From the IMG/VR virus record IMGVR_UViG_3300021425_004041, positions 1 through 64,000 of that record: a stretch of 64,000 nt of DNA. One strand, written 5' to 3'. The position numbers and the translations under genes are program-made. The DNA comes from a virus (taxonomy: Duplodnaviria; Caudoviricetes). Below are positions 39,749-49,357 of this stretch, piece by piece. Numbering within the stretch: position 1 is the stretch's first letter; each line of letters begins with the position of its first letter. The notes below the pieces were generated by a model. It was not told the DNA's origin. It did not search any database and saw only the letters and a program-made list of their open reading frames with translations.

Positions 39749-41323
39749 ATGGCGTATAATATTGATAATTATAATGGTGCACCACTTACTGTGGTTGAAG
39801 ATGGAACTATTGATCAAACAACTGATCTAAAATTAGTTGGAAAAAATTATGCAGGATATGGAGAAATACAAAATGAAAATTTTGTATTCTTATTAGAAAA
39901 TTTTGCAGGAGGCAATAAACCTCCAAAAGCTTTATCAGGACAAGCTTGGTTTGATACTGTCAACAGCAAGTTTAAGTTTTATGACGGGAGCAAGTGGAGA
40001 ACTGCTGGTGGTTCTGAAATAGGAGGACAAGCTCCTGCAGGTCTTACTATAGGAGATTTTTGGTGGGATACCACTAACGAGCAACTATACGCCTACAACG
40101 GAAACGAATGGATATTGATAGGACCACAAGGCGCAGGAGAAGGCGTAACACAGTTTCAAAGTAGGACAATCCAAGATATAGGGGGTAATAATCGATATGT
40201 TATAGCAAGTGTTGTAAATGATGAAATAATCCACATTATAAGTGGGTCTGAGGATTTTACAATAGGCGAACAAGATAGGGCAAAATATATAGGATTTGAT
40301 AAAATTCATAGAGGTCTTACCTTAAAAAATACTGAAAATGCAACAGGGGGAGTAACAAGTACTGACCATCGATGGTGGGGAACAGCATCAAACTCAGAGA
40401 GACTAGGTGGCCAGACTTTTGATAAGTTTGTACAATTTGGCGAAAACTTGACATTTTCTAGTCAAGTTGGATTTGGTGATACAGGTATAGCTATAGGCGA
40501 CAATGGTGCTTTACGTTTAAGAATTATAAACGATAATCAAGCAGTAATAGGAAATGAAATAGGGTATGATGTCTTTTTCCAAGTAAGAGATACTGATAAT
40601 CAGATAAGAATGCCTTTAAGATTAACGCATGATAAAGTATTACCTGGATATCAAACAGTTATAAATCCAGCTAGCGATTCTTACAACACAGGTGCGGCTG
40701 GTGTAAGAATAGTTGATATAGGAAGTTCTACGGCAAGTTTTCAAAATATTTATGCTGATAGATTCATTGGTACAGCAGATAAGGCAGATCAATTAGAAGT
40801 TTCATACCTTACGGCAGGCAGTACTTTACAAACTGGTTATTTTACAGCAGACACTAGAGCAACGTCTGGTGTGTCTATATGTGTAAGAGATATTACTGGA
40901 GATATACATGCAAATGTTTTTAGGGGTACAGCAACTGCAGCACAATACGCAGATTTAGCTGAGATGTATTTAAGTGATGTTGAGTATGAACCTGGTACAG
41001 TCTTAGTGATAGGGGGTGAAGCAGAAGTGACTCAATCTACTTCTGATTTTGATCACAAAGTAGTCGGAGTAGTATCTACAAATCCAGCTCATGTAATGAA
41101 CAGTGAATTAGAAGGATGTACTGTCGCAGTAGCATTAAGAGGAAGGGTGCCTTGTAAGGTAGTAGGACCTGTATCTAAAGGTGATCTGTTAGTAACTTCT
41201 GCTGTAAGCGGAACAGCGAAAGCAGCTAATGATTTAGAAAATATTAGTGATTTCTGTATTATTGGAAAAAGTTTAGAAGATTTTTTATCAGATTCAGTTG
41301 GAATTGTAGAAATTATTGTATAA
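39749..41323 (+). CDS. Tail fibre protein with C-terminal Peptidase_G2-like autocleaving chaperone domain
   Basis: Shared N-terminal domain; C-terminal YADLAEMY...GVVSTNPA...VALRGRVPCKV.GPVSKGDLLVTS...IIGKSLE. Confidence 0.75.
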   Translation: MAYNIDNYNGAPLTVVEDGTIDQTTDLKLVGKNYAGYGEIQNENFVFLLENFAGGNKPPKALSGQAWFDTVNSKFKFYDGSKWRTAGGSEIGGQAPAGLTIGDFWWDTTNEQLYAYNGNEWILIGPQGAGEGVTQFQSRTIQDIGGNNRYVIASVVNDEIIHIISGSEDFTIGEQDRAKYIGFDKIHRGLTLKNTENATGGVTSTDHRWWGTASNSERLGGQTFDKFVQFGENLTFSSQVGFGDTGIAIGDNGALRLRIINDNQAVIGNEIGYDVFFQVRDTDNQIRMPLRLTHDKVLPGYQTVINPASDSYNTGAAGVRIVDIGSSTASFQNIYADRFIGTADKADQLEVSYLTAGSTLQTGYFTADTRATSGVSICVRDITGDIHANVFRGTATAAQYADLAEMYLSDVEYEPGTVLVIGGEAEVTQSTSDFDHKVVGVVSTNPAHVMNSELEGCTVAVALRGRVPCKVVGPVSKGDLLVTSAVSGTAKAANDLENISDFCIIGKSLEDFLSDSVGIVEIIV

Positions 41324-41326
41324 ATA
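41319..41326 (+). promoter_or_regulatory. T4-type late promoter TATAAATA
   Basis: Exact consensus 28 nt upstream of ATG 41354 (GGAG RBS); last clear intergenic promoter before the enzyme cluster. Confidence 0.6.
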
Positions 41327-41353
41327 AAACTAGTAGTTTACACGGAGTTAAGT

Positions 41354-42313
41354 ATGGTATCAACAGTTTCGCAAGCTGGGCCAATTAATGCACAGGATTA
41401 TAATAACCTGCATAATAAGGTTAATGAAATTTTAGGTCAAGGTTCAGGAGATTATGGCTATGGACAAACGGTAACAAGTAGTCCTGTAACAGCAACAAAT
41501 TATCCAACTGTAGACGGGGATTTAGTTACTGCAGCACAGTTAGATGCGTTACGGACTGATATAGAAAAATGTTGGAAGCATCAAACAAGTGCTAATTTCG
41601 GATTAGGAAACATAGGTGTTGGAGATGAAATAACAGCAGGTGCCCTTACAGGTGCAGATAATAACACCCATAATCAATATGTAAAGTATGTCAACGATAT
41701 TGATGAAAATAGGCTTAGCATAGATGCCCCAAACCAGTCTATTACGTCATTAGGTAACTCTGCTCAATTTACTAATGCATGGGGTGTTGGAGCAGCTGGC
41801 ACTGCAGTAGCTCAAATTAGATATACTGCCAATGTAACATGGAGTAGTGCAACAGCTAGAAGGCATTATTTCAATGCAGGAGGTCAGATTACAATAGATG
41901 CTTCAATGAATACATCTGAAGGAACAGGCACTAAAAATGGAAATTGGAAAGATTTGCTTAATAGGGCCGGTTTTAATTATGATAAAACAGCTGAGAATAC
42001 ACAGACAACAAGCGCAATATTAAGGCAAACTACTTATGGTTCTGCTGGAGTTTACAGCGATAACTACGCAAGAATTTATACAAAAAATCTTAGCGCCACT
42101 CAGTTGCAGTGTGTTATAGAATTTATAGATGGTGATATAGGTGACGATACAACTCCAAGCGACGGTTATAATTACAGGGTAGACGAAGCGGTTACAGCAG
42201 CTATTACTGCAAGTTTAACAGACAGAACAGCTGGTGGATCATCAGGGGTCGTAGTTACTAAACCAACCTATGCTTTTGTAGGATTTTCGACTTTTACTGG
42301 CACTTACACTTAA
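41354..42313 (+). CDS. Virion structural protein (fibre-associated)
   Basis: Thr/Gly/Ala-rich 319 aa; GDYGYGQ and ARRHYFNAGGQI motifs; late promoter. Confidence 0.6.
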   Translation: MVSTVSQAGPINAQDYNNLHNKVNEILGQGSGDYGYGQTVTSSPVTATNYPTVDGDLVTAAQLDALRTDIEKCWKHQTSANFGLGNIGVGDEITAGALTGADNNTHNQYVKYVNDIDENRLSIDAPNQSITSLGNSAQFTNAWGVGAAGTAVAQIRYTANVTWSSATARRHYFNAGGQITIDASMNTSEGTGTKNGNWKDLLNRAGFNYDKTAENTQTTSAILRQTTYGSAGVYSDNYARIYTKNLSATQLQCVIEFIDGDIGDDTTPSDGYNYRVDEAVTAAITASLTDRTAGGSSGVVVTKPTYAFVGFSTFTGTYT

Positions 42314-42325
42314 AAAATAGAATTT

Positions 42326-42679
42326 ATGGATTCTAGATTAAAAGATGCACTCGATTTTTCTAATTATCTCTTTTCTTTAACTAAACAAAAAGAATTAGCA
42401 TTACAAAAATTTGAAGAAAATTTAATTTTCTATAATAATGGCGGAACTTTTGTTATTACTTTAGATCTTATTAACTATTGTCAATTGTTAATAAATAATG
42501 ATCAAAAACAAACAGTACTAATAGATAAAAATTCTATACCTATCTTCATTAATGATTTACTAAACTTTTTTGGAAACTTAGTGCAGCAATACGAAAGAGC
42601 AAAAGAAAATTATTTTGAAGAATATTCAAAAATTATTAAATCTAGATCCATAGAACAGATAATAGGTTTAGATGAATAA
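42326..42679 (+). CDS. Hypothetical protein (possible fibre assembly chaperone)
   Basis: 117-aa helical protein between fibre genes and glycosyltransferases; overlaps next gene by 8 nt. Confidence 0.6.
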   Translation: MDSRLKDALDFSNYLFSLTKQKELALQKFEENLIFYNNGGTFVITLDLINYCQLLINNDQKQTVLIDKNSIPIFINDLLNFFGNLVQQYERAKENYFEEYSKIIKSRSIEQIIGLDE

Positions 42680-43493
42680 AGGTATTTTAGTTTTTGCTAA
42701 AAATAATAACTCTATTAATTATGTAAATCAAGCTAAATTTTTAGCAAAACAATCACAAAAATATTTAGATTTACCTGTTTCAATTGTTACAGACAACCCA
42801 ATAGATAATAATGTTTGGTTTGATAAAGTAATTTTATATGATAATTATGCAAAGCAATATAAAAAGTATAATGATGGATATTTAGAAGGAAAAGTTGATT
42901 ATTTTTTTAATTCTGCTAGACAATTTGCTTTTGAGTTATCCCCATATGATCAAACTTTGATGTTAGATACTGACATTGTTATAATGAATGACAAATATTT
43001 ACAATGTTTTGAACAAAGTGATGATTTTTTGATTTATGATGATGCAGTAGATATCGCAAATTCAAGAGATTACTATGAATTTACATACATTTCTGAAGAA
43101 AGTATAAAATTTTATTGGGCTACTGCGGTTTATTTTACAAAATCTAAAAAAAATAAAATTTTCTTTAACTTACTTCAACATATATATGAAAATTGGAATC
43201 ATTATAGTTTGATGTTTAAAATTAAACAAAAATATTTTAGAAATGATCATGCTTTTAGTATTGCAATTCATTTATTGCATAGCTATACTAATAGTGGTGT
43301 AAAATCTATGCCTGGAAAATTATTTTATACTATCGATAAAGACATTTGTGTAAGTATTAATGAAAATAAAATTTTTCTTTTATTAGAAAAATCTAACGAA
43401 CCTATAAATTATTATCCTGTTTCTGTAGGTAATTTAAATTTACATATAATGAACAAGTTTAGTTTAGATAAATGTATTGCTAATATGATATGA
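42672..43493 (+). CDS. GT-A fold glycosyltransferase (GT8-like)
   Basis: KGILVFA...Y..QA..LA, SPYDQTLMLDTD (DxD), RND.AFSIA motifs. Confidence 0.7.
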   Translation: MNKGILVFAKNNNSINYVNQAKFLAKQSQKYLDLPVSIVTDNPIDNNVWFDKVILYDNYAKQYKKYNDGYLEGKVDYFFNSARQFAFELSPYDQTLMLDTDIVIMNDKYLQCFEQSDDFLIYDDAVDIANSRDYYEFTYISEESIKFYWATAVYFTKSKKNKIFFNLLQHIYENWNHYSLMFKIKQKYFRNDHAFSIAIHLLHSYTNSGVKSMPGKLFYTIDKDICVSINENKIFLLLEKSNEPINYYPVSVGNLNLHIMNKFSLDKCIANMI

Positions 43494-44308
43494 AATTAGG
43501 TATTGTAATTTGTGCATTTGGAAAAGATTATATAACGCAAGCAGAATTATTTGTTCTTAGCTTAAAATCTTGTAATGTAACCCTTCCTGTTACTATAATT
43601 ACTTCTTGTAAAGAAAATATATCTTTAGATTATTTTTTTGATAATATAATTGAAATTCCTAACAATATAGAGGATACATTTTATCATGTAGATATAAGGT
43701 CTAATATATATTTTTTATCTCCTTATGATTTTACTTTTGTCTTTGATACAGATATATTAATTTTAGAGAATTTATATGATAATTTAGTCAACCTTTCTAA
43801 TAAAGTTGATATGTTTTATACATCACAGGTTTTTACCTACAGAGGAGATGAAATAATTAAAGATTATTACTACCGTTCCGTTTTTTTAGATAATAATCTA
43901 CCTAATATATATAACGGGTTCTCTGCTTTTAAAAAAACAAACAAAAATGATATATTTTTTTCTTTACTAAAAAAAATTAATAAAAATTGGCAAGTTGTAT
44001 ATAAAATGTTTTGCCCATTAAATACACCTAAGAATGCAAGTATGGATGTGTCTACTGCAATTGTATGCAAAATATTAGATATTAATCCAATCTATAAATT
44101 TAATGCTAAATTTGTTCATATGAAAGCTAAAAATCAAAATTGGAAAACTAATCCTTATTATTGGCAAGATAAAGTGCAAACATTTTTAACACCAAATTTA
44201 GATTTTTATGTAGAAACTTTTAAACAAAAAGGAATTTTTCATTATACTGAAAATTCTTTTTGTAACGAAAATATGGTTAATACATATAAAAGTTATTTAA
44301 GTTTATGA
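43490..44308 (+). CDS. GT-A fold glycosyltransferase, paralog of upstream gene
   Basis: GIVICA..DY..QA, SPYDFTFVFDTD (DxD), SMDV, HMK; ATGA-coupled. Confidence 0.7.
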   Translation: MKLGIVICAFGKDYITQAELFVLSLKSCNVTLPVTIITSCKENISLDYFFDNIIEIPNNIEDTFYHVDIRSNIYFLSPYDFTFVFDTDILILENLYDNLVNLSNKVDMFYTSQVFTYRGDEIIKDYYYRSVFLDNNLPNIYNGFSAFKKTNKNDIFFSLLKKINKNWQVVYKMFCPLNTPKNASMDVSTAIVCKILDINPIYKFNAKFVHMKAKNQNWKTNPYYWQDKVQTFLTPNLDFYVETFKQKGIFHYTENSFCNENMVNTYKSYLSL

Positions 44309-44856
44309 ATTATATATCATTTACTCCGGATAATGGAGAAATTTATAAAATTGCTCCGCATGCACCTTTACAAAAAGAAACATATATATGTGTAAAAACT
44401 AGTGAAGTTGTTCCTATTTTAACAGCTAAGTATCCTGTTTTATACAATTATCATGTTGTATATGATGAAAAGTCCTTTCAATATGTTTTAAAAAAGAAAG
44501 ATGCAGAGATTGCAAAAGATAAAAGTCTAGGTAAATTATTTAATATACCTAATAAAAATAGCAATGCTAGCGTACAGATAACTGTAGATAAAGTTTCTAA
44601 ACAATACATTGTAAAGATAAGTAAAACTGACGCAATAAAAATTTATGAAAAAAAAATATTGTTAAGTAAAATTTTCAGTGTTACAGCAGAAAATAATCCA
44701 TTTATTCTTTACGAATCATTTACAGTTTATTTTAATCAAAATAAATTACAAAGTACATATAAAATACCTATAACTGATTTAGATGTATATACAAAGAAAA
44801 ATTTTAGTATTTTTACAAAAAAACAATTTAGTTCATATTCTTATAAAATAAAATGA
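44305..44856 (+). CDS. Hypothetical protein
   Basis: 183-aa ORF ATGA-coupled on both sides. Confidence 0.7.
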   Translation: MNYISFTPDNGEIYKIAPHAPLQKETYICVKTSEVVPILTAKYPVLYNYHVVYDEKSFQYVLKKKDAEIAKDKSLGKLFNIPNKNSNASVQITVDKVSKQYIVKISKTDAIKIYEKKILLSKIFSVTAENNPFILYESFTVYFNQNKLQSTYKIPITDLDVYTKKNFSIFTKKQFSSYSYKIK

Positions 44857-47336
44857 AAAATATACTACGTGTAATCGATAATGACGTCATTTTTTTGTCT
44901 TACGATGAACCAAATGCTGAAAAGAACTATGCAGATTTATTAACAAAAATACCTTGGGCTAAACGAATTCATGGTGTACACGGATCAGATTCTGCACATA
45001 AAGAATGTGCAAAGATAAGTGAAACAGAAAGATTAATAGTTATTGACGGTGATAATATTGTTGATAGTAATTTTGTAAACGAGGAAATAAAATTTAAAAA
45101 AAATGTTGATATAACAAAAAATGTAATCAGTTGGCCAGGAAGGAATATTATAAATGGTTTAATTTATGGTAATGGAGGTATTAAATGTTGGGACAAGCAA
45201 ACCTTGCTTAATATAAAGACGCACGAAAATGCTGATCCAGATAATGTACATGCACAAGTTGATTTTTGCTGGGATATAGAATATATTACAATGCAAAAGT
45301 CTATGAGTGTTGTAGAAAATAACTTTACACCTCAACAAGCATGGCGAGCTGGGTTTAGAGAAGGTGTTAAAATGTGCTTGTTAGAAGGTGTCAAACCGTC
45401 TATAGAAGAATTTAATAAAATACATTGGAAAAATTTGCATAGATTATACATATGGTGTATGACAGGACAAGATGTAAAAAATGGAATATATGCTATATTA
45501 GGTGCTAGGCAGGGTTTGTACAAGACTATGTGTACCGATTGGAATTTTATAAATGTTAGAGATTTTGCTTATTTAAATTCTTTATGGAATGACGAATTAG
45601 CAGGCATAGATGAAGATAGTGTTATTGATATTGCACAACAGGTTGGAGATAAAATTAAACAAAATTTAGATATACCTATTTCTAGTTTACCATTAAGCAT
45701 AGATCAAAGTAAATTTCATAAAACTACATTTACAAATAGCATTAGACCAAAGCATCCTTCGTTGGCTACCGATAAAGAAACAGCAAGTTATGATATTGTA
45801 ATGATAACATACAATGAATTGAATGGAACAGAAAATTACAATAAATTAAAAAACAGATTTACAAATGTAAAAAGGATTCATAAAGTAAAAGGAATACATC
45901 AAGCCCATATAGCAGCCGCAGAGATATGCGAGACTGATATGATGTGGGTAGTAGACGGTGATGCAGAAATTGTAGAAGATTTTTGTTTTGATTATATAGT
46001 TCCTGACAATGAAAAACAGTTTGTACATGTCTGGCGTAGTCGAAATCCTATAAACGATTTAGAATATGGTTACGGCGGTGTGAAATTATTACCTACAGAT
46101 ATGACACGTAATATGGATTTATCAAAACCAGACATGACCACAAGCATAAGTAGACATTTTAAGAAAATGGACGAAGTAAGTAATTACACACGATTTAATA
46201 CAGATGAATTTACTACTTGGCGGAGTGCGTTTAGGGAGTGTTGTAAGTTAGCAAGTGCAGTAATTGATAGACAAAAGCAACAAGAAACAGATGAAAGATT
46301 AGAACGTTGGTGCAGTGATTATGGCAAGGACAGGTTATTTGGAGAATATGCAATCAAAGGTGCTAATCAAGGTAAAGAATATGGTATTGAAAATACCGGT
46401 GATTATAATGCACTCTCAAAGATTAATGATTTTGATTGGCTTCTTTCTGTATTTAATAATGAAGATGTAAATAATTCCATTAATCAAAAAGAAAAAGATT
46501 TTGATAAAGTTAATAATATAGAGTTTATTCATGGTTTGCATGAATATGCAGTATACAAATCTGAAAAAGATGTAGCAGAAAATTTAGATAATATTTTGAA
46601 AATATTATATTCTGACAATATCTCTAAACATTTAATTTTAGATGTTTTAATGAATAGCGCAGGCGAGAATACAAGATATTTTAGATTTGCAAGAGATTTT
46701 GTAAAAAAAGGTAAGAATTTAAAAATTTTATCAGATGCATTTAGTCGTAGTCAAATGCGTAGTAAAATTTGGTTAGTTGATGAATTAGCTAAAATAATGC
46801 CTAATCCACGTAATGTTGTATTAATGGCAGGATGGTATGGACAGTTAATTGATTTGTTTGGTGACAAAGATATAGATAAAATAACCTTTAGGAAATTTAG
46901 AAATATAGAGATAGATAAAGAATGTTGTATAGAAAGTGATTATAATTTTAATTTACGTAGACTAGAAGAGCATAAAGTTAAAGCAGTAAACGCAGATATT
47001 AATAATCTCACCCTACATGAAAATGGATACGAATGGGAAGTGGAAACTTTTAAAACTGGAGAAAAATATGTAGAAAAATTTTTACCAGATTTAATTATTA
47101 ATACAAGTTCTGAACATATGACAACTGAATGGTTTAATCAAATTCGTTTTAAAAAATGGACAAAAAAACCTTTGGTTGTAATTCAAAATAATAATTTTTT
47201 TGGAATACCCGAACATGTAAATTGTGTGCATAGTGTTGATCATATGAAAAAAGTATTCCCTATGGAAAAAATATTATTTGAAGGAGAATTACAGCTTAAA
47301 GGTTATAAACGTGTAATGTTAATAGGATATGTATGA
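44853..47336 (+). CDS. Fusion: two GT2-like domains plus class I SAM-methyltransferase-like domain
   Basis: Duplicated domain (D.I..Y.E, G...AH, (I/V)DGD, G.GG.K, WR..FRE..K); C-terminal SKIWL...VLMAGWYG...IEID...ADINNL...DLIINTSSEH Rossmann MTase pattern. Confidence 0.7.
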   Translation: MKNILRVIDNDVIFLSYDEPNAEKNYADLLTKIPWAKRIHGVHGSDSAHKECAKISETERLIVIDGDNIVDSNFVNEEIKFKKNVDITKNVISWPGRNIINGLIYGNGGIKCWDKQTLLNIKTHENADPDNVHAQVDFCWDIEYITMQKSMSVVENNFTPQQAWRAGFREGVKMCLLEGVKPSIEEFNKIHWKNLHRLYIWCMTGQDVKNGIYAILGARQGLYKTMCTDWNFINVRDFAYLNSLWNDELAGIDEDSVIDIAQQVGDKIKQNLDIPISSLPLSIDQSKFHKTTFTNSIRPKHPSLATDKETASYDIVMITYNELNGTENYNKLKNRFTNVKRIHKVKGIHQAHIAAAEICETDMMWVVDGDAEIVEDFCFDYIVPDNEKQFVHVWRSRNPINDLEYGYGGVKLLPTDMTRNMDLSKPDMTTSISRHFKKMDEVSNYTRFNTDEFTTWRSAFRECCKLASAVIDRQKQQETDERLERWCSDYGKDRLFGEYAIKGANQGKEYGIENTGDYNALSKINDFDWLLSVFNNEDVNNSINQKEKDFDKVNNIEFIHGLHEYAVYKSEKDVAENLDNILKILYSDNISKHLILDVLMNSAGENTRYFRFARDFVKKGKNLKILSDAFSRSQMRSKIWLVDELAKIMPNPRNVVLMAGWYGQLIDLFGDKDIDKITFRKFRNIEIDKECCIESDYNFNLRRLEEHKVKAVNADINNLTLHENGYEWEVETFKTGEKYVEKFLPDLIINTSSEHMTTEWFNQIRFKKWTKKPLVVIQNNNFFGIPEHVNCVHSVDHMKKVFPMEKILFEGELQLKGYKRVMLIGYV

Positions 47337-47551
47337 ATTTAGAAAATTTTAGTCTAAGAAAACTGCAAAAAGAAAGTGCTCGTGCATTAGCTACGATAGA
47401 AGCTACAAACGATAATATCTATCAATTTAATAAGCAAGCGCATCATGATAGTCAAAATTGGTATAAAACTGTAATTAAATGGTATGTAGGTAAATATAAT
47501 GGTCTTCCAAGTGAGATAGGTCCAGGAAAGGATATTAAGATAATATGTTAA
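47333..47551 (+). CDS. Small hypothetical protein
   Basis: 72 aa, coupled to both neighbours. Confidence 0.65.
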   Translation: MNLENFSLRKLQKESARALATIEATNDNIYQFNKQAHHDSQNWYKTVIKWYVGKYNGLPSEIGPGKDIKIIC

Positions 47552-48282
47552 ATAAAGTCCCTAACATAATTGTTATAGGCTGTAGTTGGTCTAAATGGGG
47601 AGACAACGATTTTTTCAGCAATTCAGCCTTAAAAAAAGATAGTGTAAGTAGTTGGCCATTATTGCTGAGTGAGCAATATGATTGTAATGTTGAAAATTTC
47701 TCGCTATTAGGTAACAGTATAGCTTTCCAGTTTTATACTTTTTTAGAAATACTAAAAAATTACAAATTAGAAGAAATTGATTTAATAATTTTACAAATAA
47801 CATCTTTTTATAGGCAATCTTTTAAAATATCAAATAGTAAGTTTCAAAATACGAATATTAAAGAAGATTTAAAGACTATTACACCTAAATATAGAAGTTT
47901 AAAATGTGATAGAATTGAACATCATAATCCTTATGCTCCGGCAAAATTTTTTAATCTTGGTAATAAGTCATTTTTTAGAAGATTATGTACAATGAATGCA
48001 AAATATTCTATTAATGCTGCTATAGAATTTGAAATAGCATGGATTGATAAAATATTAATTTTATGTAAAGAAAAAAATATACCTTGTCTTCCTTGGCAAT
48101 ATCGCAATGGACATAATTTTTGGGCATATGAAAAAGCTGAGTTTATTCTTGAAAAAGAATTATCTAATAAATTATGGCAAAAGTTTATAGTAGATGAAGG
48201 AAAACATTTTAACACAAAAGGACAACAATATATATTAGATCATTTTTTGTTAGACAGAATACGTAAATATGTACAATTATGA
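47545..48282 (+). CDS. SGNH/GDSL-like hydrolase or acyltransferase
   Basis: N-terminal GCSWS (block I), G.S block II, C-terminal DEGKHF (DxxxH). Confidence 0.65.
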   Translation: MLNKVPNIIVIGCSWSKWGDNDFFSNSALKKDSVSSWPLLLSEQYDCNVENFSLLGNSIAFQFYTFLEILKNYKLEEIDLIILQITSFYRQSFKISNSKFQNTNIKEDLKTITPKYRSLKCDRIEHHNPYAPAKFFNLGNKSFFRRLCTMNAKYSINAAIEFEIAWIDKILILCKEKNIPCLPWQYRNGHNFWAYEKAEFILEKELSNKLWQKFIVDEGKHFNTKGQQYILDHFLLDRIRKYVQL

Positions 48283-49342
48283 AGATATAAAAACAATTCA
48301 TTTAGAAATAACACAAAATTGTCAAGCTTCATGTCCTATGTGTGATAGGAATCAAAATGGCGGCGCATTAAATCCTCATATTAATTTAGATGAATTGACA
48401 ATAGATGATGTAAAAAATATATTCACAGTAGATTTTATTTCGCAATTATCTACTATGTATATGTGTGGTAATTTAGGCGATCCTATTGTTGCTCGTGATA
48501 CTTTAGAAGTTTTTGAATATTTTAGGAGTAATAATTCTAAAATGTGGTTGAGTATGAATACAAATGCAGGTGCTAGAGATGAGAATTGGTGGCAAGAACT
48601 TGCTAAAATTTATGGCAGGATGGGTGCTGTTATTTTTAGTGTAGATGGATTGCAAGATACAAATCATATTTATAGGCAAGGTGTAGTTTGGGAAAATGTA
48701 GAACGGTCTATGCGTAGTTTTACAGGTGCAGGAGGTAGAGGCCGCTGGGATTTTTTAATTTTTGATCATAACCAACATCAAGTAGAAGAAGCAGAACGGT
48801 TAAGTAAAGAATGGGGTTTTGAAAAATTTATTAAGAAAAAAACTGGACGGTTTGTAACAGCAAATGTTGAAGCAAAGGACACACATCAAGCAGTCAACAA
48901 AAAAGGTAAAAAGACTGCAGAGATAGCAAAACCTAAAGATGAATTTCAAAACATTGCAATTAAAAATTTACCAATATTATTAGAAAAATATGGCACTATG
49001 CATAATTATTATAATAAAGTACCAATTTTTTGTAAAGTAAAAAAAGATGGTAGTTTATTCATTACTGCAGAAGGCTTAGCATTACCTTGTTGTTGGACAG
49101 CCGGCCGTATGTATAAATGGTGGCATGAAGATCCTAAAATAGAACAAATATGGAGTTTTATTGATAACAAATCTAAAATTAATGCAAAGAATGGCTTACA
49201 TCAAGTATTTGCCAGTGGAATTTTTGAAACTATAGAACAAAGTTGGAAGAAAACTTCTTGTGATAATGGAAGATTAAAAGTTTGTGCAATGAAATGTGGA
49301 GTAGAATTTGATCCTTTTTCCGCTCAATTTATTAAAAGTTAA
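48269..49342 (+). CDS. Radical SAM enzyme with C-terminal twitch/SPASM-like domain
   Basis: CQASCPMC, GNLGDP, TNAG, FSVDG; C-terminal C...ITAEG.ALPCC...C.MKC. Confidence 0.9.
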   Translation: MYNYEDIKTIHLEITQNCQASCPMCDRNQNGGALNPHINLDELTIDDVKNIFTVDFISQLSTMYMCGNLGDPIVARDTLEVFEYFRSNNSKMWLSMNTNAGARDENWWQELAKIYGRMGAVIFSVDGLQDTNHIYRQGVVWENVERSMRSFTGAGGRGRWDFLIFDHNQHQVEEAERLSKEWGFEKFIKKKTGRFVTANVEAKDTHQAVNKKGKKTAEIAKPKDEFQNIAIKNLPILLEKYGTMHNYYNKVPIFCKVKKDGSLFITAEGLALPCCWTAGRMYKWWHEDPKIEQIWSFIDNKSKINAKNGLHQVFASGIFETIEQSWKKTSCDNGRLKVCAMKCGVEFDPFSAQFIKS

Positions 49343-49357
49343 TATGGGAAAAAATAA

